Shown here: positions 29,871-39,845 of the stretch, piece after piece | Numbering within the stretch: the stretch's first letter is position 1 | How the letters are laid out: each line of letters opens with the position of its first letter | Source of the DNA: Helicobacteraceae bacterium | GTDB lineage: Bacteria; Campylobacterota; Campylobacteria; Campylobacterales; SZUA-545 | Length of the DNA stretch: 64,000 nucleotides | Direction of reading: 5' to 3' | NCBI GenBank assembly: GCA_031288475.1 | Contig: JAITRJ010000045.1 | Coordinates: 8,743 to 72,742 of the forward strand | Made by a program: the position numbers and the translations under genes | The notes under the pieces: model-generated | What the model saw: the letters and a program-made list of their open reading frames with translations, nothing else | The model's database searches: none | Told to the model about the DNA's origin: nothing

Positions 29871-30065
29871 CTAAAACTCAAATCCGCCGCCCGCGCCCTT
29901 GTTCATCGAAGCGTACACCGCCTCGACATAGCGCTCTCTGAGCTGACACTCAAGGAAATTTTCACAATTAAAGCAGCTCTCGCCCAAGCGATCGCGCTGG
30001 CAGCTTTTCATCTCCTCCATACGTTCAAGCATTTCCGTCTCGTATTGATCAAGCCGCGTTTCCAT
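29871..30065 (-). CDS. Small four-cysteine hypothetical protein
   Basis: CQ..SCFNC..LEC and GGGFEF terminus; lies between fbp and metG as in Campylobacter. Confidence 0.7.
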   Translation of the reverse strand: METRLDQYETEMLERMEEMKSCQRDRLGESCFNCENFLECQLRERYVEAVYASMNKGAGGGFEF

Positions 30066-30900
30066 ATGCCCGCATCGCCCTTTCTATCTCAGTTACGGAG
30101 CCGATAAAACAAGGTGAGGTCGCGTGATGCGAGCTTGGAGCGCCGTCTAAAAGCCTCTTGCCTATATCGTCAAGCGCCGCGCCACCCGCCATCTCAAACA
30201 CCTTGGCAAACGGCATCGACTCAAATACCAGCCGTATTTTGCCGCTTGGCTTGTCGGTTGTGCCGGGGTAGGAGTATATCCCGCCGCCTTTAATCAGAAT
30301 CTGATGCAGATCGGGCACCATGCCGCCTGAATAGCGCAGACGGTAGCCTTCGCTGAAGAACTGATCGACAAGCTTTTTGTGATGCGGATACCAATGCTGC
30401 TGCGTTCCGCCCGGCGCAACAAGCGTGCCGCTCTCTCTCAACCTCAGCGTCTGTACAAACCTGAACTCCCCCGAATTGTCTTGCCGCCACAACTCCACGT
30501 TGTGTTTGTATGCCGTTACCATCTCGATTCGCGGACCGTAGATCACATAAGAGGCGGCAATTAGATTCGCGCCGATAAAGCTGTTTTCATATATGCCAAA
30601 AATGGAGCCTACCGCAAGGTTGACCCCCGCCAGCGACGAGCCGTCCAACGGGTCATAGCCGATGAGATACTGCCCGCCGCTGTTTACGGTATGTATCGTC
30701 TCCTGCTCCTCGCTGGCAAGCGCCTTTATCGTCGGAATACGCGCAAGCTCCTCTTCAACGATATAGTCGCTTTTTATATCCAGCTTGAGCTGTACGTCTC
30801 CCGTGGCGTTCTTGTTATCCGAATAACCGGTATCGTCGTAAGCAAGCGCATCCGCTATACGGCTCGTCGCTTTAGCGATACCTTCAAATACCTCTTTCAT
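30049..30900 (-). CDS. fbp: Fructose-1,6-bisphosphatase class 1
   Basis: ASEE, DPLDGSS, LRYSGGMVPD and KIRLVFE. Confidence 0.95.
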   Translation of the reverse strand: MKEVFEGIAKATSRIADALAYDDTGYSDNKNATGDVQLKLDIKSDYIVEEELARIPTIKALASEEQETIHTVNSGGQYLIGYDPLDGSSLAGVNLAVGSIFGIYENSFIGANLIAASYVIYGPRIEMVTAYKHNVELWRQDNSGEFRFVQTLRLRESGTLVAPGGTQQHWYPHHKKLVDQFFSEGYRLRYSGGMVPDLHQILIKGGGIYSYPGTTDKPSGKIRLVFESMPFAKVFEMAGGAALDDIGKRLLDGAPSSHHATSPCFIGSVTEIERAMRAYGNAA

Positions 30901-30931
30901 TCAGCACCTCTTTATGTTGTCTGTCCGCTTT

Positions 30932-31061
30932 GCCGCTTATCTCGGATCGTTTCCGCCCGGAACGCAATTAAGCGGGGCGACTTGTTATTCGCTCCCACCC
31001 TCTTAAGCGGCGCTTTCCCGTCTGGATTACGCCGCACGGTAAAGCCGCCGATCCAAACAAG
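30932..31061 (-). ncRNA. Candidate structured leader RNA upstream of fbp-orf-metG
   Basis: Stems GCCGCTTA/TAAGCGGC and CTTGTTTGGAT/ATCCAGACGGG (G-U pairs on the - strand only), plus a GAAA-capped hairpin; no family identified. Confidence 0.3.
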
Positions 31062-31103
31062 CTTTCACGCTGCTTGAAGCTCCGGTATAAAGTTACGGAA
31101 ATT

Positions 31104-32954
31104 TTACCCATAAACCAATTTTATCTCATATCCGCCCTCAAGCGCCGCCGCAAGAGAAAGTTTCGTTATGCGCGCGCCGTCCGAAAGTGTCCGGCAGTAG
31201 TCCATGCCCAGCACCGGCAGCCGGAAGACGACCTCGTTGTGCCCCGCCCATACGGCGCCCTCGTTGCTCACCGTCGCCTCCAGCGTCTGCTTGTTAAACC
31301 GCTCAATCTCAGTCTGCTTGTCGGTAATCTGCGATTCCAGCGCCGCGATCGCGTTCTCCGCGTTCTCCTGTTTCTTTTGCACAAGCATAAACTCCCGCGC
31401 CATCTTGATATACACCTCCGACGAAGCAATGTTGTTCTTCTTGTCTTCCGCCAGTATCTCTTGTATCTGCCTGAAGCTGGAACCGTTTTTGGCGATATAG
31501 GCGGTATAGTCGCTAAGAACGCGCTTGAGTTCTTCGATCTCCTTTTTAAGCTCTTTAATCGTCTCCATTACCGACGCGATCAGCGCGTGATCCTCTTCTT
31601 TTGATCCCGGATCGATCGTAAGTTTATTTTCACCCTTGATCACGCGCTTTACGACGATCGATCTGGTGGCGGTGATTCGGGTTTTGCCGTGGAGTCCGCC
31701 CACGATCACGTTTTCGGCGCTGATCTCTCCGCCAACCGCCTGCTCCACCTCGCACACCACAGCCCGTACGCTTCCGCCCTCAAGCGATTTGACCGTAACC
31801 TTTTCTCCGCTTGCCCTGCCGCGCAGCACGTTGACCTCAATGGTTTTGGCGATCAGTTCGCTGTTCATATGAGTGGAACCGCCTATAGAGATTTTATCCC
31901 CCATTACAACAGCACCGCTGGCGACACCGCCATTTGCCGTAATGACATTCGCCTCTACAACCATATCGTTGCCAATTACCTCCTCGCCGGAGGTTTTGCC
32001 TATAATCTCAATTTCGATCCCCCTGTCCAGACCGGCTTTGATATTGCCCGTCGTTTTAAGAGAGACTTCGTTCAAAGAGATAGTTTTGCCAATTGACAGT
32101 GTGCCGCCGTCAAATTGCACAAATCCGTCCGTTTTTGCCAGATAGCGCCGATGCTGATTGCTAATTTGCGTTTCTATCGTTTTGTCGTCGGCGTTAAACT
32201 GTACAACGGAACCAATCTTAGGTTCGCCCTGCTCTATCACTCTGCCGTCAAACGATCTGCCGTTCTCGCCCTTTTTGGGAGAAATATACTCGGCAATCAG
32301 CTCACCGGCGGAAATGCCCGTTACAAACCCGCGCTCTGCGTAGTTGATCCGATCGTTTCTGCCGGCTTCGGCTTCTTTTTGGCGGTAATGCCAGATAAAC
32401 GCGTCGTTAACCGTCTCCACCGGTGCGAGCCAGCGCGCCAGAACAAGCTTAAAGTCGCTTTCCGTCGGTTTGCCGTTCGCGAACGCGCACATTTCCTTTA
32501 CGCCCGTACGCAACTCATCGTCAAAGAGATATATGATCATCGACTGCTTGAGTTTGAACTTGTTTAAAAAAGTGTAGAGTGTCTTTGGCTCCACTCCTTT
32601 TTGAATGATCGAACCTTGTTTGATAATTACCTCCGCCATTGTGCGGAACTTATCCGCGGCGGCGGAAATGTTCAATCTGAACGGCTGCGGAGCGGTCGGA
32701 CGAAAGCGCGCCTCATATTCCTGCAGAAACTGTACTTTTGGATTTTGCAGATATGCCTTGTCTTTAAGCTTCTCAAGACACGCTTTATCGATCTCTTTGT
32801 ACTCGTCGCTCTCCCTTACGTATGTACGCACCTTCACCAGATCAAAATCAATGCTGCCAACCGCAACATGCTCCCGTTCCGCCAGATCGGAGAGGCTTTT
32901 GGCGACTGAGGCGGTCTTCACCGTGAATGTTTTGTCGTATCGTTTCGCTTCCAC
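31104..32954 (-). CDS. Flagellar assembly protein A / DUF342 family
   Basis: GENGRSFDG, DGFV and VSLKTTGNIKAG followed by beta-helix repeats and a coiled coil. Confidence 0.8.
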   Translation of the reverse strand: MEAKRYDKTFTVKTASVAKSLSDLAEREHVAVGSIDFDLVKVRTYVRESDEYKEIDKACLEKLKDKAYLQNPKVQFLQEYEARFRPTAPQPFRLNISAAADKFRTMAEVIIKQGSIIQKGVEPKTLYTFLNKFKLKQSMIIYLFDDELRTGVKEMCAFANGKPTESDFKLVLARWLAPVETVNDAFIWHYRQKEAEAGRNDRINYAERGFVTGISAGELIAEYISPKKGENGRSFDGRVIEQGEPKIGSVVQFNADDKTIETQISNQHRRYLAKTDGFVQFDGGTLSIGKTISLNEVSLKTTGNIKAGLDRGIEIEIIGKTSGEEVIGNDMVVEANVITANGGVASGAVVMGDKISIGGSTHMNSELIAKTIEVNVLRGRASGEKVTVKSLEGGSVRAVVCEVEQAVGGEISAENVIVGGLHGKTRITATRSIVVKRVIKGENKLTIDPGSKEEDHALIASVMETIKELKKEIEELKRVLSDYTAYIAKNGSSFRQIQEILAEDKKNNIASSEVYIKMAREFMLVQKKQENAENAIAALESQITDKQTEIERFNKQTLEATVSNEGAVWAGHNEVVFRLPVLGMDYCRTLSDGARITKLSLAAALEGGYEIKLVYG

Positions 32955-33039
32955 CCGACCTCCACTCTGACAAAGTCAGGTTATTCTACAACCAAAAGAG
33001 TTATACAATACGCCGCTTAGCTTAATTTTATTAGGGGCG

Positions 33040-33558
33040 GTGGTGTTTCGCAGTGTGCTGTTTCTTTTCGCGCTGCTCGCCGGCGGCGCGGCACAGATGG
33101 TGGAGATAGGCGGCTCTCTGAGCTATGTTCGTCTCGATCACGGCGTAGACGACTATTGGCGCGGGGCGCTGAATATAGGCTACCAATTCAACTCGCTCAG
33201 CGACGAGCTTATGCTGACGCTGATCTCTGACCGGGAAGCTGACGAAGCGCAGCTCAGCTACGCGTTTGTGATGGCATCGCTTTCGGATTACTCGCCGTTT
33301 AACTCTCTGCCGTTCGTCAGAGCCTCGATCGGACTTGGTAACACATACGCCCGCACAAACACGCTTACGCATCTCTCTTATGGCGTCGGCATCGGCGCGT
33401 ACGCTATGCTTACGGATCGTCTGCGGGCGCGCTTCGCAATGGACTACACCATCAGAGAATGGCAGATCGATCGCAGTGGCAACGAGCCGGATATAGAGGC
33501 GTGGACGCGCAAAGATAAAGAGTTGCAATTTTCTATAGGTTTTGGAGTGATGTTTTGA
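33040..33558 (+). CDS. Outer-membrane beta-barrel protein
   Basis: Signal peptide, amphipathic strands and C-terminal Phe (GFGVMF). Confidence 0.7.
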   Translation: MVFRSVLFLFALLAGGAAQMVEIGGSLSYVRLDHGVDDYWRGALNIGYQFNSLSDELMLTLISDREADEAQLSYAFVMASLSDYSPFNSLPFVRASIGLGNTYARTNTLTHLSYGVGIGAYAMLTDRLRARFAMDYTIREWQIDRSGNEPDIEAWTRKDKELQFSIGFGVMF

Positions 33559-34038
33559 ATGAATAGGATATTCTGGATCGACGTGATTTACACCGTACTG
33601 CTCGGCGCGCTTTTCGGCGCGGCTATAGCGCTTGGGGCGCTTGTAGCGCCTGTAATCTTCCGCGCCTCCGTCTATATGGAAATAGCGGTTGACGTGTACC
33701 AGTCAGGTAAGCTGATGAGTGAAATTTTCCGCCGCTTTAACTACGCGCTGATCGCCGCGCTGATCGTGATAACGGCATATGAGTGCTGGCGGTGGTACGT
33801 CAGAGAAAGCGGTGTTGGTTTCCTGCTCGCCGCGCTCTCGGCGGTGATCAGCGGTGGCGTTTTCGCCTTTTACTGTACGCCGTTTATTCTTTCCGCCGCG
33901 CGGTCGGACGACATTGAGGTTTTAAGCTCTCCGTCCTTTCATTCTGTTCACAGCCTTTCAGAGGCGCTCTTCAAAGTTTTTGTCCTCGCGCTGTTGACGC
34001 TATTTGCGTTGAACCTGCGGCGGCTTGCGAAGCGCTGA
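33559..34038 (+). CDS. DUF4149 membrane protein
   Basis: VAPVIF, SGKLMSEIF and FHSVHSLSE; four TM helices. Confidence 0.75.
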   Translation: MNRIFWIDVIYTVLLGALFGAAIALGALVAPVIFRASVYMEIAVDVYQSGKLMSEIFRRFNYALIAALIVITAYECWRWYVRESGVGFLLAALSAVISGGVFAFYCTPFILSAARSDDIEVLSSPSFHSVHSLSEALFKVFVLALLTLFALNLRRLAKR

Positions 34039-34666
34039 GAACATAGAGCGCGGCTTCAAGCGGTGTTTCAAACAGCGCAGAGGTAAACGCCGAAAGCTCC
34101 TCTCTGGACGCAAATCCGCACAGGAGACCAATCGGAGTCACGCCGGCGTTAAGCGCTGCTTGCATATCGATAGGGGTATCCCCGACCATAAACGCCGCGC
34201 CGCCGCAACCCAGTACCTCCAGCGCCCGTTCGATCGGTTCGGCGTCCGGCTTGGGACGGGTTACATCCTCGAAGCCGATCACCGTTTCAAAAGCGCCGCC
34301 GATTCCCAGATGATCAAGAATCATACGGGAGAAGCGGCTGGTTTTTGTCGTCACCACTCCAAGCCTCGCGCGGTTTTCAAGTGTTTTCACCGCTTCCGCC
34401 GCCGTGTCGATTAAAACCGTTTTTTTCAGACATATTGATTGATAGTGTTCTTTGTAGCGCCCTATAGCGCCGTCTAGAATATCCGCAGCGACGCCCAGCC
34501 TCTCAAACATCACCGCCAGCGGGTTGCCTATCATAGCGATGATCGCTTTATCATCGGGGCGGTTTATGCCAAAGCAATCCAGCGCGGTAAAAAAGCTCTC
34601 CACAATCGCTTCCGTCGAGTCGATCAGAGTGCCGTCAAGATCGAAAAGAACAATAGTTTTGGGCAT
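33971..34666 (-). CDS. HAD-family hydrolase (phosphoglycolate phosphatase-like)
   Basis: FDLDGTLIDS, VTTK, KPDAEP and VGDTPID. Confidence 0.88.
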   Translation of the reverse strand: MPKTIVLFDLDGTLIDSTEAIVESFFTALDCFGINRPDDKAIIAMIGNPLAVMFERLGVAADILDGAIGRYKEHYQSICLKKTVLIDTAAEAVKTLENRARLGVVTTKTSRFSRMILDHLGIGGAFETVIGFEDVTRPKPDAEPIERALEVLGCGGAAFMVGDTPIDMQAALNAGVTPIGLLCGFASREELSAFTSALFETPLEAALYVLSASQAAAGSTQIASTARGQKL

Positions 34667-34690
34667 AATAACCTCTCTGAAAGGAATATT

Positions 34691-35503
34691 TTGAAATCGC
34701 TGAACGAATTATTGCTTGTCGGAGCTGACGCTCTTCGCGACGTAGTCGATCGGGCGCGGTTTGAGGCGGAAATCCTGCTCTCCTTCGCCAGCGGCTTGTC
34801 AAGGACTGAGATTATAACAAAAGACAAAAAAAAGATCGATGAAAAAAAATTCTATGAGATGATCGACCGTCGCAGAAATTATGAGCCTATTGAATATATA
34901 ACGGGCAGGGCAAGTTTCTATTCAAGAGAGTTCTCCTGTTCAAAAGGAGTTTTAATACCAAGAGCGGAAACGGAATTGCTGATCGATCAGGTTCTTTCTC
35001 TTACAGAGCCAATCAAAAATCCAATAATCGTTGAGATCGGAAGCGGCAGCGGAGTGATCGCCGTTATGCTGGCAATCCTTAGACCTGACGCAAAGATCAT
35101 ATCAACCGACATAAACGAAAAAGCCATTGACCTCGCACGGCGCAACGCGGAGAGTTTTTGCGTATCAGATCAAATAGAATTTGTTCGCACATCTTTTATA
35201 AACGGTATCAATACGAAATGCAATATACTTGTTTCCAATCCGCCGTATATCGCTGCTGGTTATCCGCTCGATCGGACATTGTTATTTGAACCGCGGGACG
35301 CTCTTATAGGCGGCGAAACAGGAACGGAGATTTTAAAAGAGATTATAGCGACCGCAAAGGATCACGAAATCCCGTTCCTCACGTGCGAGTGCGGGTATGA
35401 TCAGGAAGAGAGCCTCGCGGAAGAACTGAAAGACTGGCGCCACGCGGAGTTTTACAAAGATTACGCGAATCTGACACGTGGATTTACGGCAAAAATCATA
35501 TGA
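34691..35503 (+). CDS. prmC: Release factor glutamine methyltransferase
   Basis: EPIEYITG, LIPRAETE, EIGSGSG and SNPPY. Confidence 0.93.
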   Translation: MKSLNELLLVGADALRDVVDRARFEAEILLSFASGLSRTEIITKDKKKIDEKKFYEMIDRRRNYEPIEYITGRASFYSREFSCSKGVLIPRAETELLIDQVLSLTEPIKNPIIVEIGSGSGVIAVMLAILRPDAKIISTDINEKAIDLARRNAESFCVSDQIEFVRTSFINGINTKCNILVSNPPYIAAGYPLDRTLLFEPRDALIGGETGTEILKEIIATAKDHEIPFLTCECGYDQEESLAEELKDWRHAEFYKDYANLTRGFTAKII

Positions 35504-36258
35504 TAAAAATCAGAGATCTTCATAAATCCTTTGGCGCGAAAAAGGTTCTATGCGGAGTAAATGTCAACTTTATAAGCGGTAAAACTACAACAATTTTCGG
35601 CGTAAGCGGCGGAGGCAAATCAACGATAATAAAACATATAATCGGTTTGATGACACCAGATCACGGCACAATTGAAGTCAATGGAATATCGCTCGACACC
35701 GGCAATAAAGAAAATTTATATAAGATCAGAAAAACGGTAGGATATCTGTTTCAAAGCGGGGCGCTCTTTGACAGTATGAACGTCAAGGAAAACGTTGAAT
35801 TTCCATTGATCGAACACACCAAACTCACGCCGCTTGAGCGGGATAGAAAAATTGAGCGATCGCTGGAACTCGTAGGATTAAAACCGCAAGAAGTTCTACG
35901 CCTATATCCGCACGAGCTTTCCGGTGGAATGCGAAAACGCGTGGGTTTGGCGCGAACGATCATTCTTGATCCTCAGGCGATTTTATACGACGAGCCTACC
36001 AGCGGGCTTGATCCGATTACAAGCGATCGTATAAGCCAGCTTATACTTTTATTGCAGCAAGAGCTTGGTGTAACCAGCGTTTTAATAAGCCACGACATAA
36101 AAGAGAGCTTCAAATGTTCAGATTATATCGCTATGCTCTTTGAAGGACAAATCGTAGATTACGGCGAGGCGGAAAAATTCAAAAACTCCGTCAACCCAAT
36201 CGTTCGTCAATTTGTCGAGGGTTCAGCCGACGGACCGATAAAATTCGCCAACGACTAA
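35500..36258 (+). CDS. ABC transporter ATP-binding protein, MlaF/Mkl-like
   Basis: GVSGGGKST, FQSGALFDS, LSGGMRKRVGLAR and DEPTSGLDP. Confidence 0.85.
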   Translation: MIKIRDLHKSFGAKKVLCGVNVNFISGKTTTIFGVSGGGKSTIIKHIIGLMTPDHGTIEVNGISLDTGNKENLYKIRKTVGYLFQSGALFDSMNVKENVEFPLIEHTKLTPLERDRKIERSLELVGLKPQEVLRLYPHELSGGMRKRVGLARTIILDPQAILYDEPTSGLDPITSDRISQLILLLQQELGVTSVLISHDIKESFKCSDYIAMLFEGQIVDYGEAEKFKNSVNPIVRQFVEGSADGPIKFAND

Positions 36259-36599
36259 TTGATCGGCTCTTGACGTTAGTTTTTAGCATAAATTCTCTTC
36301 GTCTAAGAATCTGCGGACTTCGGGGAAGCGCGGTGATTCGGCTTACCCGCCCGCATTTAGATATAGCGCGGATATGTTTTGGACATCTCACAGATCATCT
36401 TAGCGAAAATTCAGCCGCGAAAAAATAACGACACTTTTCGCATAATCCACCTTCTGACATGCATCTTCCACATATAAACTCTCTTCCATTTTCAACGAGA
36501 ACGCACTGATAGCACGGAACCGGAAAAGTGTTACTGATAACATAAGGAAAGGCGCTTTTCAGATTAAATATTAGGATAGCCGTCTCAGCGCAGATCGAA

Positions 36600-37110
36600 C
36601 TGCCGCCGTATCGGGAGCCAAACACCCCAGTTCTGCGAGCGTTCCGCCCTGAAATGACTGTATGCCGATACTGAGTCTTGGGGAGACTCCCGTCCGCTTC
36701 AGAAACGAGAGGATTTCAACGCCGACATCTGACGGACACAAATCCACGCCGGTTCCCTCCGTAACTTTGAAATATCTGCCTACAGCCTTGATGATCTCCC
36801 TGATATATCTGTGCAGGAGCGCGGGAGAGCCGCCTCCAAAGTATAAGCTCGCGCCTCTTTAATCCCCGCGCATTGCTCGCCAATCATTTTGATTTCGCCG
36901 ACGAGAGCCTCAGCATAGCGGTTGGCTTCCCCCGATTCATAGGGCGCTTTGCAGTACTGGCAGAATCCGCAGACGGTTTTGCAGAATGGAATATGCACGT
37001 ATAAGCCGAGTCTTTTAAGCCCATGAAAGCTCAGCCTCTCGTCAGCTTCCCCTCCCATCCACGAAACAAGAATGGTTTGAATGATCTGGTGAGCCAGGCA
37101 CGCAACGCGG
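36600..37110 (-). pseudogene. Radical SAM HemN-like pseudogene fragment
   Basis: Pieces RAWLTRSFKPF, LGLYVHIPFCKTVCGFC (CxxxCxxC), LYFGGGSP and LSIGIQSF lie in different frames; no C-terminal half. Confidence 0.75.
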
Positions 37111-37396
37111 TCGTTTTTTCACTCTCTGCCTCTTCGTGCCTCTCTCTTCCGTTTCGCGCCGTTTGAACCCTGAAAATTTCCGACGGTTGCCTTTCAATCC
37201 GTCAATTACTGCGTATCAAAAACCGTTATGTTTTTTGCTCGACACTTTATTTCACGTTCCATCGAACGCTCTCTTAAAAGCTTAATGTCTCCCGCCGGCC
37301 ATAACCAATTGTGTCAAGCCGCGTTAGCTTATAAGACATTACGAATTACACAACAACGCCGATCGTACGCGGCGCCGCCTAAATGCGCAAAAGCGC

Positions 37397-39799
37397 TTAT
37401 TCCGTTTCGTGCCCCTTTATGCGAAACGAGTTTCCAACAACTATCAGCGAGCTTAGCGACATCGACAAGGCGGCGATAAGCGGAACCACAAAGCCGCACG
37501 CAGCCAAAGGGATCGAAAGCGCGTTATAGATAAAGCTGAAAGCGATATTCTGTTTGATCGTCCGGTAGGTTTTGCGGCTGATCGCGAAAGCGCTGACCAG
37601 ATCGAAAAGCGAGCTTCTCAGCAGGATAACGTCGCTTACCGCAATTGTGGTGTCGGTACCGCTGTGCATAGCAATCGCGATATCCGACTTCGCAAGCGCG
37701 ATTGAATCGTTTAAGCCGTCCCCCACCATTACTACTGTCCCTTCGTTCCTGTAACGCTCCACCAACGCCGCCTTTTCCTGCGGCAGCAGTTCGGAGTATG
37801 CGTCGGTTATGCCAAGCTCCGCCGAAACCCTTTCCGCTTCCCGCTCTGTGTCTCCCGTCAACAGCGTTACGCTCAGCCCCATTCTCCGCAAACGCTCCAT
37901 CGCTTCCTTCGCGTTGGGTCTCAGCCGATCGGCGAGACAGAACTTCGCCCGAATCGTCCCGCCATCCGCGAAGAAGAAATGCGTAACGCCTTCCTCTTCA
38001 ACCTCAATACCGTTCTCTCTCATAAATTTCGCGTTTCCGCCAAGCAGCCCATCAGCCTCCACGCCCCGCGCCGCGATATTTTTAATCCCCCGCGCCGGCA
38101 CCGCCGTGAAGCCCCGCGAGAGAAGAAACTCTCTCACCCCGGCGGCGACGGGGTGGGTACTGGACTCGATCAGCCCCAGCAGCCTGCCGCCGTCAAAACC
38201 GTCAGGATACTGAGAGGAAACGACGGCAGGCCTGCCTTCGGTAAGCGTTCCCGTCTTATCCAGAAGCAGCCGCTTTGCCTTTGCCATCGTCTCCAGATGA
38301 CGCGCGGCGCGAAAGAGAATGTGCCGCTTGGCGCTCTCGCCCGCCCCGATCACGGAAGCTATGGGAGTCGCGAGCGCGAGCGCGCAGGGGCAGGCAATCA
38401 CAATCACGCTCACGGCGACCATCAGCGCCTGATTAAACGGCGATCCGACAAGCCACGCGAAAAAGGTCAGCACGGCGATCATCAGCACGGTGGACGAAAA
38501 GCGGCGCGAGAGCCTATTTGCCAGATTTTCGATCGATGGACGGTTCTCAAGTGACTCTTCCAGCAAAGCAACGATCGTTCTAAAGGTGGAATGCTCGTAA
38601 TCCTTTTGCGCCTCGATCAGCAAAACGCCGTTGGCGTTGATCGCCCCTCCTAGTACGGCGCTACCGGGCTTTACCGCAACAAGCTCGCTCTCTCCAGAGA
38701 GACTTGCCATGTCCAAAAGCGCCTCTCCGCTTACGACGACGCCGTCAAATACGATCCTCTCGCCCGCCGCCGCCTCTATCAAATCGCCAGCGACCACCAC
38801 TTCCGGCGCGACGCGCTCTCTTCTGCCACCTTGCAACCTCACCACTTCGGAGGGGGATTCAGCAAGCAGCAAATCCAGCGCGTCAACCGCGTTCTTTTTC
38901 GCCTTGACCTCCAAAAACTTCCCGATCAGCACAAAGGCAATGATCATCGCAACAGAATCGAAATACGGTTCGTTCCCCGCGATCAGCACGGCGTAGATTG
39001 AGTATAAATACGTAAGCGTCGCGCCTGTGGCGACCAGCAGATCCATCGTAACAAAACCGTTTTTAAGAGCGTAATAACCGCCCCTGAAAAAGATCCAGCC
39101 ACTGTAAAAAAGCGTAGGCGTCGCCAAGCAGAATTCCACAAGATAGATCACTTTGGCAAGCGCGATGTCCATTCCGCTGAAAAGCCCAAGGTAACGCGCC
39201 ACCGCAAGCCACATCACGTTCATCACGGCAAATATGGCCACCACAAGGCGGGTGTAGTAATCCCTCCGCTCTCTGTCGGCGCGCGCTTCGGCAAGCTGCG
39301 GATCGTAAGGCGCGGCGTCGTATCCGATTGATCGAATTGTATCTACAATACGACCAGGCGTGATTTTTTCGGGGTCAAAGAGTATCTTCGCCTTGTGAGT
39401 CGTAAAATTTATCTGCGTCTTCCTGATCCCATCCGTACGCTCAAGCACTTTCTCATTAAGCCAGATACATGCGGTGCAGTGTATCCCCTCAAATATCAGG
39501 CTTACCTCTTTGAAGCTATCTTTATCCTTGACGTAGCGCCTCTTAAAGGCTTCGCTGTCAAAACGCCCGCTGTCGGACGAAGGTTGTTTTGGCGCCGAAA
39601 GCGTACTGCCGCCTTTAAGCGCGTAAAATCTCTCCAGTTTCATATCGCGCAATAGGTGATAGACGCCGCGGCACCCTTCACAGCAAAAAGAGAGATCGCC
39701 TTCCGCGATTACCTCGCGGCACTCCAAGCCGCAATGGGCGCACTTCAAAGCGCCGCCTTTACCGGTTGAAACAAAGTTACCTCTCACTCCGCGCTTCAA
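37397..39799 (-). CDS. ccoI: Copper-translocating P1B-type ATPase, CcoI/FixI type
   Basis: N-terminal CAHC..CCEGC, HCTAC HMA domain, CPCALALATP, DKTGT, GDGLND, YN and MSLSS; exact start uncertain. Confidence 0.8.
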   Translation of the reverse strand: MKRGVRGNFVSTGKGGALKCAHCGLECREVIAEGDLSFCCEGCRGVYHLLRDMKLERFYALKGGSTLSAPKQPSSDSGRFDSEAFKRRYVKDKDSFKEVSLIFEGIHCTACIWLNEKVLERTDGIRKTQINFTTHKAKILFDPEKITPGRIVDTIRSIGYDAAPYDPQLAEARADRERRDYYTRLVVAIFAVMNVMWLAVARYLGLFSGMDIALAKVIYLVEFCLATPTLFYSGWIFFRGGYYALKNGFVTMDLLVATGATLTYLYSIYAVLIAGNEPYFDSVAMIIAFVLIGKFLEVKAKKNAVDALDLLLAESPSEVVRLQGGRRERVAPEVVVAGDLIEAAAGERIVFDGVVVSGEALLDMASLSGESELVAVKPGSAVLGGAINANGVLLIEAQKDYEHSTFRTIVALLEESLENRPSIENLANRLSRRFSSTVLMIAVLTFFAWLVGSPFNQALMVAVSVIVIACPCALALATPIASVIGAGESAKRHILFRAARHLETMAKAKRLLLDKTGTLTEGRPAVVSSQYPDGFDGGRLLGLIESSTHPVAAGVREFLLSRGFTAVPARGIKNIAARGVEADGLLGGNAKFMRENGIEVEEEGVTHFFFADGGTIRAKFCLADRLRPNAKEAMERLRRMGLSVTLLTGDTEREAERVSAELGITDAYSELLPQEKAALVERYRNEGTVVMVGDGLNDSIALAKSDIAIAMHSGTDTTIAVSDVILLRSSLFDLVSAFAISRKTYRTIKQNIAFSFIYNALSIPLAACGFVVPLIAALSMSLSSLIVVGNSFRIKGHETE

Positions 39800-39845
39800 C
39801 GCGGTTGTTGTCCGCGAAATTGTATCCGAAACGTTCTCTAAGGCG

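Noticed and set aside
30985-31005. T-box leader for metG (AAGAGGGTGG on the - strand)
   Set aside because: The required downstream ACC(G/A)CG and terminator are absent, and fbp rather than metG is the first gene.
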